Of a stretch of DNA of 40,578 nucleotides, positions 7,733 through 17,537 are shown one piece after another; positions within the stretch are counted from its first letter, which is position 1; each line of letters opens with the position of its first letter. The stretch comes from a bacterium (lineage in GTDB: Bacteria > Margulisbacteria > WOR-1 > O2-12-FULL-45-9), in contig JBDRIF010000070.1 in the NCBI GenBank assembly GCA_043816125.1, positions 1 through 40,578 of the forward strand. Direction: 5' to 3'. A program made the translations under genes and the position numbers. Below the pieces are notes generated by a model that was not told the DNA's origin, made no database searches, and was given only the letters and a program-made list of their open reading frames with translations.

Positions 7733-8503
7733 TCACCCTTTCTTTTTTGGGATCGACCCAACATATTTATCAGCCGTTTTATTAACATATTCGGCTACCA
7801 TTATTTCAAATGACTCCAATGCCCCCAGATGTCCTCTCTCCAATGCAGAATAGTAAGCTTGTCTTGGCTCAGTTTCACACTCAAAAATCGCGATCGGGTA
7901 GCCGTATTTCATAAGAATTAGATTCATCAATAATCGAGATGTGCGCCCGTTTCCGTCGATAAAAGGATGGATATCAACCAGTTTAAAGTGGGCTTGAGCG
8001 GCAAACCGGACGGGATGCAGAATTTTGTTTTCTTGTTGATCAACCAGCCACTGAGAAAAATCTTGCATTAAAGCCGGTAATTCAGCCGGCTGGGGACATT
8101 TATGTCTGGAGCCGGGAATGCGAACTTCAACATCCCTGATTTTACCGGCATATTCATTCCTTATCCCCTCAAGGATCAGCGCATGAATCTTTAAGATATC
8201 TTTTTGAGCTATCGGTTCAATCTTTTTCAGCAATTCCCCTAAAAAGTCGATAGCATTCTTATGGTTGGTAACTTCCAAATGTTCCCGCATGCTTTTGCCG
8301 GAGATCGTCAACCCTTCCTTTAAGATCAGCATCGTCTCTTGAAGAGTCATCGTATTCCCTTCAATAGCATTACTATTATAAGTCCATTCGATATCCAGGT
8401 ATTCGGACAACTTATCAAGAACAATCTTAGGCAGCGGTCTGGCCGTGTCAACTTTGGCCTTCTTTTGGTCAATTTCTTTGAGTATGCTTTGTAAATCGGT
8501 CAT
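7733..8503 (-). CDS. Fic family protein (class II-like AMP transferase)
   Basis: Canonical Fic motif HPFIDGNGRTSR and N-terminal inhibitory motif SNAIEGN. Confidence 0.93.
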   Translation of the reverse strand: MTDLQSILKEIDQKKAKVDTARPLPKIVLDKLSEYLDIEWTYNSNAIEGNTMTLQETMLILKEGLTISGKSMREHLEVTNHKNAIDFLGELLKKIEPIAQKDILKIHALILEGIRNEYAGKIRDVEVRIPGSRHKCPQPAELPALMQDFSQWLVDQQENKILHPVRFAAQAHFKLVDIHPFIDGNGRTSRLLMNLILMKYGYPIAIFECETEPRQAYYSALERGHLGALESFEIMVAEYVNKTADKYVGSIPKKKG

Positions 8504-8523
8504 ATTTTACATTGATTATATCA

Positions 8524-9288
8524 TCAATAATTAATCTTCACCAGACAAAGCCCCTGCGCAGGAGCACATTTCCCTGCCTCTCTTCGATCTTTCGCCTTAA
8601 GGATCTGCCGGACATCTTTCATTGTTTTTTGTCCCAAACCGACCTCAACCAGCAATCCGACCAGGTTTCTAACCATCTTATACAAATAACCATCTCCTTC
8701 AAATGACAAGGAAATTACAGGGGTCTCTTCCCAAATTTTTATTTTCCTAGTCCGAACAGAGATCTTAGATAATGTCCGAACAAAGTCGGTATCATCCGAT
8801 TTGGCGGCACAGAAAGATTTAAAATCGTGTTCTCCTTTTAAAATAACCGCCGCCTGGCGCATTTTTTTCAGATCGAGCTTCGGTTTTACCTGCCAGACAT
8901 AGCCTTTCAGAAAAGGGGGGACAATTCGCCCGTTAAAGATCAAATATTCATACTCTTTGCTTTTTGCGGCATAGCGGGAGTAAAAGTCGGCCGGCACATC
9001 TTCGGCTTTTTGAATACGAATTGTCTCAGGAAGGGTCGAATTCAAAGCGGCAACAATTCTTTCGGTCGGAATATTTCTGTTTAATTGGAAGTTAATAACC
9101 TGACAGATAGCATGAACTCCGGAATCTGTGCGTGAGGTACTGACAGTTTTGATCTTGGTCTTAAAAAGCTTGTATAAGGCCTTTTCCAGCTCACCGCGGA
9201 TAGTTTTTTTGCCCGGTTGAATCTCATACCCGGCAAAGTCGGTCCCGTCGTACTGGAGAGTTAACTTAATGTTGCGTGGATCAGTCAG
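8524..9288 (-). CDS. truA: tRNA pseudouridine(38-40) synthase; probable CTG start
   Basis: The frame is open upstream of the track's start (9045) through RNIKLTLQYDGTDFAG and the catalytic SRTDSGVHA. Also contains GEHDFKSF, GYLYKMVR and APAQGL. Confidence 0.92.
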   Translation of the reverse strand: MTDPRNIKLTLQYDGTDFAGYEIQPGKKTIRGELEKALYKLFKTKIKTVSTSRTDSGVHAICQVINFQLNRNIPTERIVAALNSTLPETIRIQKAEDVPADFYSRYAAKSKEYEYLIFNGRIVPPFLKGYVWQVKPKLDLKKMRQAAVILKGEHDFKSFCAAKSDDTDFVRTLSKISVRTRKIKIWEETPVISLSFEGDGYLYKMVRNLVGLLVEVGLGQKTMKDVRQILKAKDRREAGKCAPAQGLCLVKINY

Positions 9289-9290
9289 GT

Positions 9291-10445
9291 TTACAGCATC
9301 TCCATCATTGCTTTGACGCCGGCACCAAAGTTGATCTTGGCTCCTAATCGTTTGAAAAGGATCTCAACCGCAGCCCAGGCTCCGATCAAGTCCAACGAAT
9401 CAAGATAGCCTAAATGGCCGATGCGGAAAATTTTCCCTTTAAGCTCAGATTGACCTGGGGCAACTTCGACATTAAAATCTTCGCGCATATACTTGCGAAC
9501 TTCTTCACCATCAACTCCATCCGGAGGAAAAATTGCAGTTACGGCCGGCGAAGCACAGGCATCATCGGCTAAAAGCTTTAACCCCAAAGCCTTGGCGGCT
9601 GTCCTTAACAGATCACGATTAAATTTATGACGGGCAAAAACATTCTCTCTCCCCTCTTCCTTCAGCATCTTCAACCCTTCGGCCATGCCAAAAATCAAAG
9701 ACTGTGGCGGGGTGGTATAAGTATGACCTTTGGCCGCATGCTCTTTCATTAAGCTCCAATCCCAATAATGTTTGGCACAGGTTGAAGACTCATGTGCCTT
9801 CCAGGCCCGCTTGGAGATAGAAACAGCGGAAACACCAGGCGGCACCATAAACGCTTTTTGCGAGCCGGAAACCACAACATCCAAGTCCCAGTCATCTGTC
9901 TTAAGCGGAGCCGCCATCATCCCGGAAACGGCATCAACCATAATCAAAGCATCTGGCTGAATTTTCCTAACCATCTTCGCCAGGGTCTCTACATCATTGA
10001 GGACTCCGGTTGAGGTCTCGTTCTGTTGCATAAATACTGCCTTGACCGGACCTTTCTTTAATTCTGCTTCCAAGACTTTTGGATCGGCACATTTGCCACG
10101 TTCAAATTTGACATTATTAACATCAGCACCGTAAGCAGTACAAATCTTTGCCCAGCGTCCGCCAAAATTACCAATATTGAGAACAATTACCTTGTCGCCA
10201 GGAGAAAGGACATTAACCGCAGCCACTTCCATCCCACCTGTTCCGGAAGAGGGATAGATAAAAACATCATTTTTCGTTTCATAAGCCCATTTCAGATCTG
10301 CGATCATCTCTTTGGCGACCGCAGTGAACAACGGGCCCCGGTGACCGATCATATCGTGGGTCATCGCCGCTAAAACTCTGGTCGGGATCGGGGTTGGACC
10401 GGGGATCATCAGATTATACTTGATCAGCTTTCTCTTGTTCGTCAT
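9291..10445 (-). CDS. Class V PLP aminotransferase (alanine-glyoxylate/serine-pyruvate family)
   Basis: MIPGPT, NETSTGV, VDAVS, GSQKAF (PLP lysine) and FRIGHLG. Confidence 0.93.
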   Translation of the reverse strand: MTNKRKLIKYNLMIPGPTPIPTRVLAAMTHDMIGHRGPLFTAVAKEMIADLKWAYETKNDVFIYPSSGTGGMEVAAVNVLSPGDKVIVLNIGNFGGRWAKICTAYGADVNNVKFERGKCADPKVLEAELKKGPVKAVFMQQNETSTGVLNDVETLAKMVRKIQPDALIMVDAVSGMMAAPLKTDDWDLDVVVSGSQKAFMVPPGVSAVSISKRAWKAHESSTCAKHYWDWSLMKEHAAKGHTYTTPPQSLIFGMAEGLKMLKEEGRENVFARHKFNRDLLRTAAKALGLKLLADDACASPAVTAIFPPDGVDGEEVRKYMREDFNVEVAPGQSELKGKIFRIGHLGYLDSLDLIGAWAAVEILFKRLGAKINFGAGVKAMMEML

Positions 10446-10464
10446 CTCAACAACTCCTTATTAT

Positions 10465-10794
10465 TTAATCTCTGGTCCAATCGACTTCTACAAATTTTTC
10501 ACCTTTCGAAAATTTATACTGATGTTCCCCTTTATAGGCCGAGGATAAAGCTTTGCCGATATGGAGAGCTAAATTATGATCGGAGGTGGTAACAACAATA
10601 CTCCCGTCGCTTTTTTCGAGGGTATTGATCTTGTGATCGGCGTTCTTCTCTTCGGCCAGCTTGGCTTGGTGTTTAATTAAATTGATAATATCCGACTCGT
10701 GATCAAGTAAAAATTTACCCGATATTCTTATCAACCCGCCCTGCTCCATCTTTTCCGGCGAACGGAATTCGTCATAACTTCTGGAACGCTGCAT
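10465..10794 (-). CDS. BCAM0308-family-like protein lacking the zinc-binding N-terminus
   Basis: Recognised from memory by the pattern G.FL..H..DIINLI...VTT....LA..IG.AL..AYKG...V.W.R. GGAG SD upstream. Confidence 0.6.
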   Translation of the reverse strand: MQRSRSYDEFRSPEKMEQGGLIRISGKFLLDHESDIINLIKHQAKLAEEKNADHKINTLEKSDGSIVVTTSDHNLALHIGKALSSAYKGEHQYKFSKGEKFVEVDWTRD

Positions 10795-10806
10795 TGTAAT
10801 ACTCCT

Positions 10807-11373
10807 TTATCGTTTGGTGTACTGGAATGCTCGACGAGCGCCCTTGAGACCGTATTTCTTCCGTTCCTTCATTCTCGGATCGCGTTTCAACAAACCGACC
10901 CGTTTCAATTTGAGACGAAAGTCGGCACTAACATTCAATAAAGCCCGAGCAATCCCCAAGACAATTGCATCGGCCTGCCCAGGGATCCCTCCACCAAAAG
11001 TCTCAGCGTACACATCGTAATTACCAGCTGTACTGGTTACAGCAAATGGTCGGTTAATTCGATATTCTAATAGTTTACGGCCGCAAAAGTATTCGGCTAA
11101 AGACTTTCCGTTTATTTTATAAAGTCCTTTCCCGGGCATTATCCAGACCTTGGCAGTCGCCTCTTTGCGACGGCCGGTACCGTAATATTTTTGACCTTCG
11201 GGGAGTCTCTCTTTCTTTTGTTTTTGTTTGACTAAGACTTGTTTTTCATCAGAGACAACAGTTTCAGGCGCCGCCGACTCCGGGGCTTCAGTCTTCACCG
11301 CTTTTTTAGGTGCGGCTTTCTTCTTTTTGACCGGACTCTTCTTAACCGCCGCTTTTTTCTTTTTTTCTGCCAT
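10807..11373 (-). CDS. rpsI: 30S ribosomal protein S9 with N-terminal extension
   Basis: YGTGRRK, RDPRMKERKKYG and C-terminal QYTKR. Confidence 0.98.
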   Translation of the reverse strand: MAEKKKKAAVKKSPVKKKKAAPKKAVKTEAPESAAPETVVSDEKQVLVKQKQKKERLPEGQKYYGTGRRKEATAKVWIMPGKGLYKINGKSLAEYFCGRKLLEYRINRPFAVTSTAGNYDVYAETFGGGIPGQADAIVLGIARALLNVSADFRLKLKRVGLLKRDPRMKERKKYGLKGARRAFQYTKR

Positions 11374-11378
11374 TAAAT

Positions 11379-11816
11379 CTAGACCTCCAGTGATTTTAGG
11401 TTCTGCGTTTGATGCGGGTGCTTATCGCCCTTATAAATTTTGAGTTTTTTTATCATCTGTCGCCCCAAACGAGTTTTAGGTAACATACCGGAGACAGCTT
11501 GTCTGATAACTTTTCTGGAATCCTTAGACATCATCTTGGCAAAGCTGGTTTTCCGATCCCCTCCAGGATAGTCGGAATGTGTAAAATAGATCTTTTGTTC
11601 AGCCTTGTTCCCTGTTACCCTTACCTTATCGGCATTGAGTAGAATGATAAAGTCGCCGGCGTCGGTATGCGGCGTAAAAATCGCTTTATGTTTGCCGCGC
11701 AAATAGGTCGCTATTTTGGTAGCCATACGGCCCAAGACCTTGCCCGCAGCATCAACCACATACCAGTCTCTAACTACAGTCTCTTTTCTGGCATAAACAG
11801 TTTTATTCTTTTTCAT
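11379..11816 (-). CDS. rplM: 50S ribosomal protein L13
   Basis: WYVVDA, LRGKHK and GMLPK. Confidence 0.98.
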   Translation of the reverse strand: MKKNKTVYARKETVVRDWYVVDAAGKVLGRMATKIATYLRGKHKAIFTPHTDAGDFIILLNADKVRVTGNKAEQKIYFTHSDYPGGDRKTSFAKMMSKDSRKVIRQAVSGMLPKTRLGRQMIKKLKIYKGDKHPHQTQNLKSLEV

Positions 11817-12163
11817 AACAGCTCCAATATTGCCATCGAGGCGGCATCTCCCCGGCGAAAACCGGTTTTTGTGATCCTGGTATAACCCCCGGCCCGGCCT
11901 TCAAATCTTTCGGGAAAGGTTTTAAAGATTTTGGTCACGATCGCTTTTTCACCCATCAAAGACTCCACCTGACGTCTGGCAAACAGAGTATTTTTCTTGG
12001 TTAAAGTGATCATTTTTTCAGCCATGCGTCGAGCTTCTTTAGCCCGGGCGACCGTCACGGCTACCTTGTCATGTAGAAACAAGGACCTGACAATTGACCT
12101 AAGTAAAGCCAAACGTTGATCGGTTGCCCGACCTAATTTTCTATTTCCCCGACAATGCCTCAT
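11813..12163 (-). CDS. rplQ: 50S ribosomal protein L17
   Basis: MRH...RKLGR, GGYTRI and RRGDAA. Confidence 0.98.
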   Translation of the reverse strand: MRHCRGNRKLGRATDQRLALLRSIVRSLFLHDKVAVTVARAKEARRMAEKMITLTKKNTLFARRQVESLMGEKAIVTKIFKTFPERFEGRAGGYTRITKTGFRRGDAASMAILELL

Positions 12164-13107
12164 TCTAACGTCTCTCCTTTAAGAGTTAATTTATACTCTG
12201 CCAACTTTTCTGCAACTTCGTCCAGAGATTTTTGGCCAAAATTCTTGTGCTTCATCAGATCGGCCAGAGAATTGGAAACCAATTGCCCCACTGTTTTAAT
12301 GGCGGCCTTTTTCAGGCAATTCAGTGAGCGGGCTGATAGCTCCAGGTCTTCAATACTCATTTCCATGGTAGTTTCAGAAACATCTCCTGATTTTTCCTGC
12401 TCGACACCCAAAACATCCAGCTTTTCCCCTAAGTGAATAAATAAGTCGATGTGTTTGGCCAAAATTCCGGCACTCTCTTTGACAGCATCTTCAGGTTTGA
12501 TACTTCCGTTGGTCCAAACCGAAAGGACTAAACGATCATAGTTGATCTCTTGTCCGACGCGAACTTCCTCGGTGGCAATATTTACTTTGAGAACCGGAGT
12601 AAAGATTGAATCGGTCGGAATAAAACCGATCGCCAGGCCCGGTTTTTTATTTCGTTCAGCCGAAGAAAACCCTTTGCCTCGTTCGATAACCAATTCCATT
12701 TCGATCTTACCAGAACTATCTAAATTGGCGATCACATGGTCGGGATTAATGATCTCGATCTCGGCATCATGTTCGATATCGCCCGCAGTTACCGTCCCTT
12801 TCCCTTTGGCGGACAGCGTAACAGTTTTAGGTTGTTCGGAGTGAGAGCGGATAACAACTTCCTTAAGATTAAGCATAATATGCAGAACATCTTCAACAAC
12901 ACCAGGCAGCGTGGTAAATGAATGGGTGACTCCGTCAATTTTGACAGCGGTAATCGCAGCTCCCGGCAGTGATGATAAAAGCACCCGGCGCAAAGAATTA
13001 CCCAGAGTCGATCCAAAGCCCCTTTCCAGCGGCTCCATAATAAACTGACCATAAGTGTCGGAAGATTCTCCCACTTTTACCCAAGCCTTTTCTCCAATTC
13101 TAACCAT
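12160..13107 (-). CDS. rpoA: RNA polymerase alpha subunit
   Basis: EPLERGFG.TLGNSLRRVLLSS and CTD LELSARSLNCL. Confidence 0.99.
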   Translation of the reverse strand: MVRIGEKAWVKVGESSDTYGQFIMEPLERGFGSTLGNSLRRVLLSSLPGAAITAVKIDGVTHSFTTLPGVVEDVLHIMLNLKEVVIRSHSEQPKTVTLSAKGKGTVTAGDIEHDAEIEIINPDHVIANLDSSGKIEMELVIERGKGFSSAERNKKPGLAIGFIPTDSIFTPVLKVNIATEEVRVGQEINYDRLVLSVWTNGSIKPEDAVKESAGILAKHIDLFIHLGEKLDVLGVEQEKSGDVSETTMEMSIEDLELSARSLNCLKKAAIKTVGQLVSNSLADLMKHKNFGQKSLDEVAEKLAEYKLTLKGETLE

Positions 13108-13126
13108 ACTATTTACCTCCTATTTA

Positions 13127-13744
13127 CTAACGGGAATAGTACTCAACGATCAGATGATCTTCGAGTACCGTATCAATATTTTCGCGCTGAGGAATAGCGA
13201 CCACTTTAGCCTCAGCTTCGCCGGTCACTTCGATCCAGACCGGCGGCATATGCTCGGGAAACATCTCTCTGCTCCGTTTAACATAAGGGAGCATCTTGTC
13301 GGTCACATTAATCATATCGCCAACTTCGACTCTGCACGAAGGAATATCGGTTTTTTTGTTGTTCAGTTTAACGCCACCATGACGGATAAATTGTCTGGCT
13401 GCTTGTCTGGAAGGGGCCAATCCGGCGCGAAAGACAACGTTGTCCAAACGCCGTTCCAGAAACTCCATCAATTTTTCACCGGTCGCCCCCTTACGGCTAT
13501 CGGCTTCGTCATAATATTTCTCAAATTGACCTTCAGTTAAGCCATAAATCCGTCTGGCCTTCTGTTTTTCTCGTAAACGAATGCCATACTCAGAAGTACG
13601 TACCGGCAACTTGCCATGTTGACCCGGAGCATAAGAGCGGCGGGTAAATGGACATTTCTCAGTGGTACATTTCTGGCCCTTAAGGAATAATTTTTCCCCT
13701 TCACGCCGGCACAATTTACATTTAGCCTCAGTATGTCTCCCCAT
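13127..13744 (-). CDS. rpsD: 30S ribosomal protein S4 (zinc-binding type)
   Basis: CKLCRREG, PGQHG, LERRLDNVV and IVEYYSR. Confidence 0.99.
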   Translation of the reverse strand: MGRHTEAKCKLCRREGEKLFLKGQKCTTEKCPFTRRSYAPGQHGKLPVRTSEYGIRLREKQKARRIYGLTEGQFEKYYDEADSRKGATGEKLMEFLERRLDNVVFRAGLAPSRQAARQFIRHGGVKLNNKKTDIPSCRVEVGDMINVTDKMLPYVKRSREMFPEHMPPVWIEVTGEAEAKVVAIPQRENIDTVLEDHLIVEYYSR

Positions 13745-14145
13745 TAGACTCGTCTCCTTTTGGGCGGACGACAGCCGTTATGAGGGATCGGCGTAACATC
13801 CTTAATTGAAAGGATCTCCAAGCCAGCTCCTTGCAGCGACCGAATTGCGGTCTCCCTGCCGGATCCCGGCCCCTTAACGACAACATGAACTTCTCTCATC
13901 CCGGCCTCAATCGCCTTGGCCGCAGCGGCTTCGGCAGCCGAAGATGCTGCAAACGGAGTCCCTTTTTTGGTCCCCTTAAAACCGACCCCACCCGATGAGG
14001 ACCACGAAACTACCCCACCAGCCTGGTCTGTGATAGAAATGATCGTATTATTAAAAGTCGCTTTGATATGAGCAATCCCCAGCGCCGGGACCTTTCTCAT
14101 CTTCTTTTTCTTTTTAACCGCTTTAACTACTTTTTCTTCAGCCAT
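13744..14145 (-). CDS. rpsK: 30S ribosomal protein S11
   Basis: ATFNNT and [18 protein letters not shown]. Confidence 0.99.
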   Translation of the reverse strand: MAEEKVVKAVKKKKKMRKVPALGIAHIKATFNNTIISITDQAGGVVSWSSSGGVGFKGTKKGTPFAASSAAEAAAAKAIEAGMREVHVVVKGPGSGRETAIRSLQGAGLEILSIKDVTPIPHNGCRPPKRRRV

Positions 14146-14148
14146 AAA

Positions 14149-14529
14149 TTACTCTCTTGCCTCCTCTTTCTTTCCTAAGCCGACAGTCATTCGTTTGCCC
14201 CGCTTGGTTCGACTATTAGTTTTTGTCCTCTGCCCGCGAACCGGTAACCCTTTTTTATGGCGCACGCCACGATAGGTCCCGATTTCTGCCAGACGTTTAA
14301 CATTCATTGAAATCTCTTTGCGCAGATCTCCTTCAACAGCAAATTCTTTGATTGAATCTCTAAGAGCGATAATTTGGGTGTCGTTGAGCTCCTTAGATTT
14401 CATCTGCGGGTTAATGCTTAACTGCTCACAAAGAGCCTTAGCTAAGGACGGCCCGATACCATATATATATGTCAGCGCCACTACAACATTCTTTTCATTC
14501 GGCAACTCTACACCTAACAATCTTACCAT
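14149..14529 (-). CDS. rpsM: 30S ribosomal protein S13
   Basis: ALTYIYGIG and GLPVRGQRTKTN. Confidence 0.99.
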   Translation of the reverse strand: MVRLLGVELPNEKNVVVALTYIYGIGPSLAKALCEQLSINPQMKSKELNDTQIIALRDSIKEFAVEGDLRKEISMNVKRLAEIGTYRGVRHKKGLPVRGQRTKTNSRTKRGKRMTVGLGKKEEARE

Positions 14530-14538
14530 TTTTCCCTC

Positions 14539-14652
14539 CTAGCCTTGTCTTTGTTTGTGTTTTGGATTTTCACAGATCACGTAGACACGACCATGCCTTC
14601 TAACGATCTTGCATTTTTCACACATTTTTCCGACTGATGATCTTACTTTCAT
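14539..14652 (-). CDS. rpmJ: 50S ribosomal protein L36 (zinc type)
   Basis: Not in the ORF track. Manual translation: [37 protein letters not shown]. Confidence 0.98.
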   Translation of the reverse strand: MKVRSSVGKMCEKCKIVRRHGRVYVICENPKHKQRQG

Positions 14653-14662
14653 AATTTTCTCC

Positions 14663-14884
14663 CTATTTCATCCTATAAGTTATCCGACCACGGGTTAAGT
14701 CATAAGGCGAAAGCTCAACTTTTACCCTATCTCCCGGCAAAATCCTGATCCAATGCTTTCTGATCTTCCCCGAAACATGAGCCAGCACCATCTGCCCTGT
14801 CTCTAATTTGACTCTAAACAGAGCATTTGGTAATGCTTCAGTTATCTGACCTTCAACCTCGATTACATCTTTATCTTTAACCAT
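14663..14884 (-). CDS. infA: Translation initiation factor IF-1
   Basis: EALPNA.F, AHVSGK and [10 protein letters not shown]. Confidence 0.99.
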   Translation of the reverse strand: MVKDKDVIEVEGQITEALPNALFRVKLETGQMVLAHVSGKIRKHWIRILPGDRVKVELSPYDLTRGRITYRMK

Positions 14885-15638
14885 TTATAGTTATAATCTC
14901 CGGGTCACCATTGGTGACTACTATCGTATGTTCAAAATGACAAGAGAAACCGTTATCCTGAGTCACAACTGTCCAGCCATCGGCCAAGGTTTTTATTCTG
15001 CTGCCCCCCGTATTAAGCATCGGCTCAATACACAAAGTCATGCCCGGTTTTAATTCTGGGCCTTCGCCAGGATTACCATAATTGGGAATCAACGGATCTT
15101 CGTGCAAATCTTTGCCGATCCCATGACCGTACAAATCTCTAACCACAGTAAACCCGGAGGTTCGGCTCGAACGTTCAATCGCCGAAGAAATATCCCCTAA
15201 ATGGTTCCCCGCCCTGGCCTGTTTAATCCCGGCCATCAGCGCTTTTTTACCGGCCCTTAAGAGCTTGGTAAGTTTCTTATCAATCTTACCAACAGCATAA
15301 GTAGCCGCATTATCTCCACAGTAACCGTTGAGTTTTGCCCCAACATCGATCCCGACAATATCACCGGCCTTGATTACTTTGGGCCCGGGAATTCCGTGCA
15401 CGATCTCGTTGTTAACCGAGATACACGTCGCATGACGGTAACCACGGTAACCGATAAAAACCGGATCAGCTTTTTTGCTTCTGATCAGTTTCTCTGCCAA
15501 TTTATCAAGGTCCTCAGTTGTTATCCCAGGTTCGACAGTCTTTGCGACTTCCGCCAAAACCCAAGCCACAATCGAACAGGCTTTTTTAATGGCCTGAATC
15601 TCCTCTGGAGATTTTATTCTTATCTTATTCTTGCCCAT
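14877..15638 (-). CDS. map: Methionine aminopeptidase type I
   Basis: [26 protein letters not shown] and HFEHT. Confidence 0.98.
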   Translation of the reverse strand: MGKNKIRIKSPEEIQAIKKACSIVAWVLAEVAKTVEPGITTEDLDKLAEKLIRSKKADPVFIGYRGYRHATCISVNNEIVHGIPGPKVIKAGDIVGIDVGAKLNGYCGDNAATYAVGKIDKKLTKLLRAGKKALMAGIKQARAGNHLGDISSAIERSSRTSGFTVVRDLYGHGIGKDLHEDPLIPNYGNPGEGPELKPGMTLCIEPMLNTGGSRIKTLADGWTVVTQDNGFSCHFEHTIVVTNGDPEIITING

Positions 15639-16278
15639 CGGCTACAATATTTAAGAGACGTCCGAATACTTCGTCAATCGCCCCATCGGCACTAATAGTG
15701 ACTAATTTTTCACTCTTTTTATATCGGTCAATTAACGGCATAGTCGATTTGGCATAAACAGCAAACCGGGTCCGAATCGCATCTTCCACATCATCTTTGC
15801 GCTGATAAAGAGCGGTTCCGTCAACATCACATTTCCCTTCATCCTTAGGCAAATTATACTTTACATGATAAACAGCGCCGCAAGTCTGACAACTCCGGCG
15901 GCCGGACAAACGGTCGACGATTTTATTTTCATCAACCTGAAAATAAACAACTTTATCAAGCGCTCGGCCAAGCTCGGACAACATCTGATCGAGCGCTTCA
16001 GCCTGCTCACCTGAACGAGGAAAACCATCCAGAATAAAACCGGATTGACAGTCGGCTTGCGCCACCCTCTTTTTGGTGATCGCGATAGTCAACTCGTCAG
16101 GCGCCAACTTTCCGGCATTGATCAACTCGCCGATTTTTAAACCCATCTCTGATTTAGAATGAACTTCTGCTCTTAGTAGATCTCCCAACGAAATATGAGG
16201 AAGATTATATTTATCTGCCAACAATTTGGCCTGGGTCCCTTTGCCGGAACCGGGCGGTCCTAAGAAGACTAATATCAT
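15625..16278 (-). CDS. adk: Adenylate kinase
   Basis: GPPGSGKGTQ, LDGFPR and a long LID domain. Confidence 0.98.
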   Translation of the reverse strand: MILVFLGPPGSGKGTQAKLLADKYNLPHISLGDLLRAEVHSKSEMGLKIGELINAGKLAPDELTIAITKKRVAQADCQSGFILDGFPRSGEQAEALDQMLSELGRALDKVVYFQVDENKIVDRLSGRRSCQTCGAVYHVKYNLPKDEGKCDVDGTALYQRKDDVEDAIRTRFAVYAKSTMPLIDRYKKSEKLVTISADGAIDEVFGRLLNIVADGQE

Positions 16279-17537
16279 GCCAGCAACCCCTCATACTGTC
16301 TGGTGACTAGATGGGTCTCAATTTGTCTCACCAGGTCCATCGCCACACCGACCATAATCAAAAGCGCAGTCGCTCCCAATCCCTGAAAAGAGGTAATATG
16401 AGTTCCCCGCTCCACAATCGACGGAATAATCGCGACACAAGCCAAGAACAAAGCCCCAACCAGAGTTAATCTGGTAATTACATATTCTAAATACTGGGCA
16501 GTCGGCCGGCCCGGACGGATCCCGGTAATAAATCCGCCATAACGTTTAATATTGTCAGCTAATTCAACAGGATTAAATGTTATCGCTGTATAAAAATAAG
16601 TAAAGAAAAAGATCAGGGCAAAGAAAAAGACCATATACAATGAACCGGACGGTGAGATCGCTCCGACAATCTTTTGCACAATCGGATTAGGAATAAACTG
16701 ACCGATCGTTGCCGGGAAAAGAAGAACCGAAGAGGCAAAAATAATCGGGATAACGCCCCCTTGATTAATTCGTAAGGGAATATATGTAGTTTGCCCACCA
16801 TACATTTTGCGCCCAACTATCCGCTTGGCATACTGAACCTGGATTCGACGCTGCCCCTCCTGGACAATAACTATTCCCATAATCAAGACCAAAAACGAAG
16901 AAACAAGAATGATGACTCCGACGATGGAAGCCCCACCTCGTAATAAGGTGACTGTTTGCGCAATATAGGTAGGAATGCGGGCAACGATCCCGACAAAAAT
17001 AATTAACGAAGCTCCATTGCCAATCCCATTTGAAGTGATCAATTCGGCAAACCACATAACCATAGCTGTCCCGGCAACCAGAGAGACAACAGTCCCAATT
17101 AAGAAGAGCGGAAAACTATAACCGGGCAACATTACCCCTCTGAACCAAAACGACATTCCAATCGACTGAAAGATCGCTAAAAAGATCGTTAGATAGCGGG
17201 TATAAGCGGCAATTTGCTTACGGCCGGCATCCCCTTCTTTGGACAACTCTTCCAACTGCGGAACGACAACAGTTAACAACTGCATAATAATTGAAGCATT
17301 GATATATGGAATGATCCCCATGGCGAAAATAGAAAATCTCATTAAAGCGCCGCCGGTAAACAGATCGAGAAAGCCGAGAATATTACCACGACCAAAAAGA
17401 TTTTGCAGCTGAATGGGATCGATCCCGGAAACAGGGATATGCGAACCCAATCGAAAGAGAATAACCATCCCTAACGTATAAAGGATTTTTTTGCGTAAAT
17501 CCGCAATATTGAATAAGCCGGAAATTACGTTAAGCAT
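16275..17537 (-). CDS. secY: Preprotein translocase subunit SecY
   Basis: [22 protein letters not shown] and GIRPG. Confidence 0.99.
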   Translation of the reverse strand: MLNVISGLFNIADLRKKILYTLGMVILFRLGSHIPVSGIDPIQLQNLFGRGNILGFLDLFTGGALMRFSIFAMGIIPYINASIIMQLLTVVVPQLEELSKEGDAGRKQIAAYTRYLTIFLAIFQSIGMSFWFRGVMLPGYSFPLFLIGTVVSLVAGTAMVMWFAELITSNGIGNGASLIIFVGIVARIPTYIAQTVTLLRGGASIVGVIILVSSFLVLIMGIVIVQEGQRRIQVQYAKRIVGRKMYGGQTTYIPLRINQGGVIPIIFASSVLLFPATIGQFIPNPIVQKIVGAISPSGSLYMVFFFALIFFFTYFYTAITFNPVELADNIKRYGGFITGIRPGRPTAQYLEYVITRLTLVGALFLACVAIIPSIVERGTHITSFQGLGATALLIMVGVAMDLVRQIETHLVTRQYEGLLA

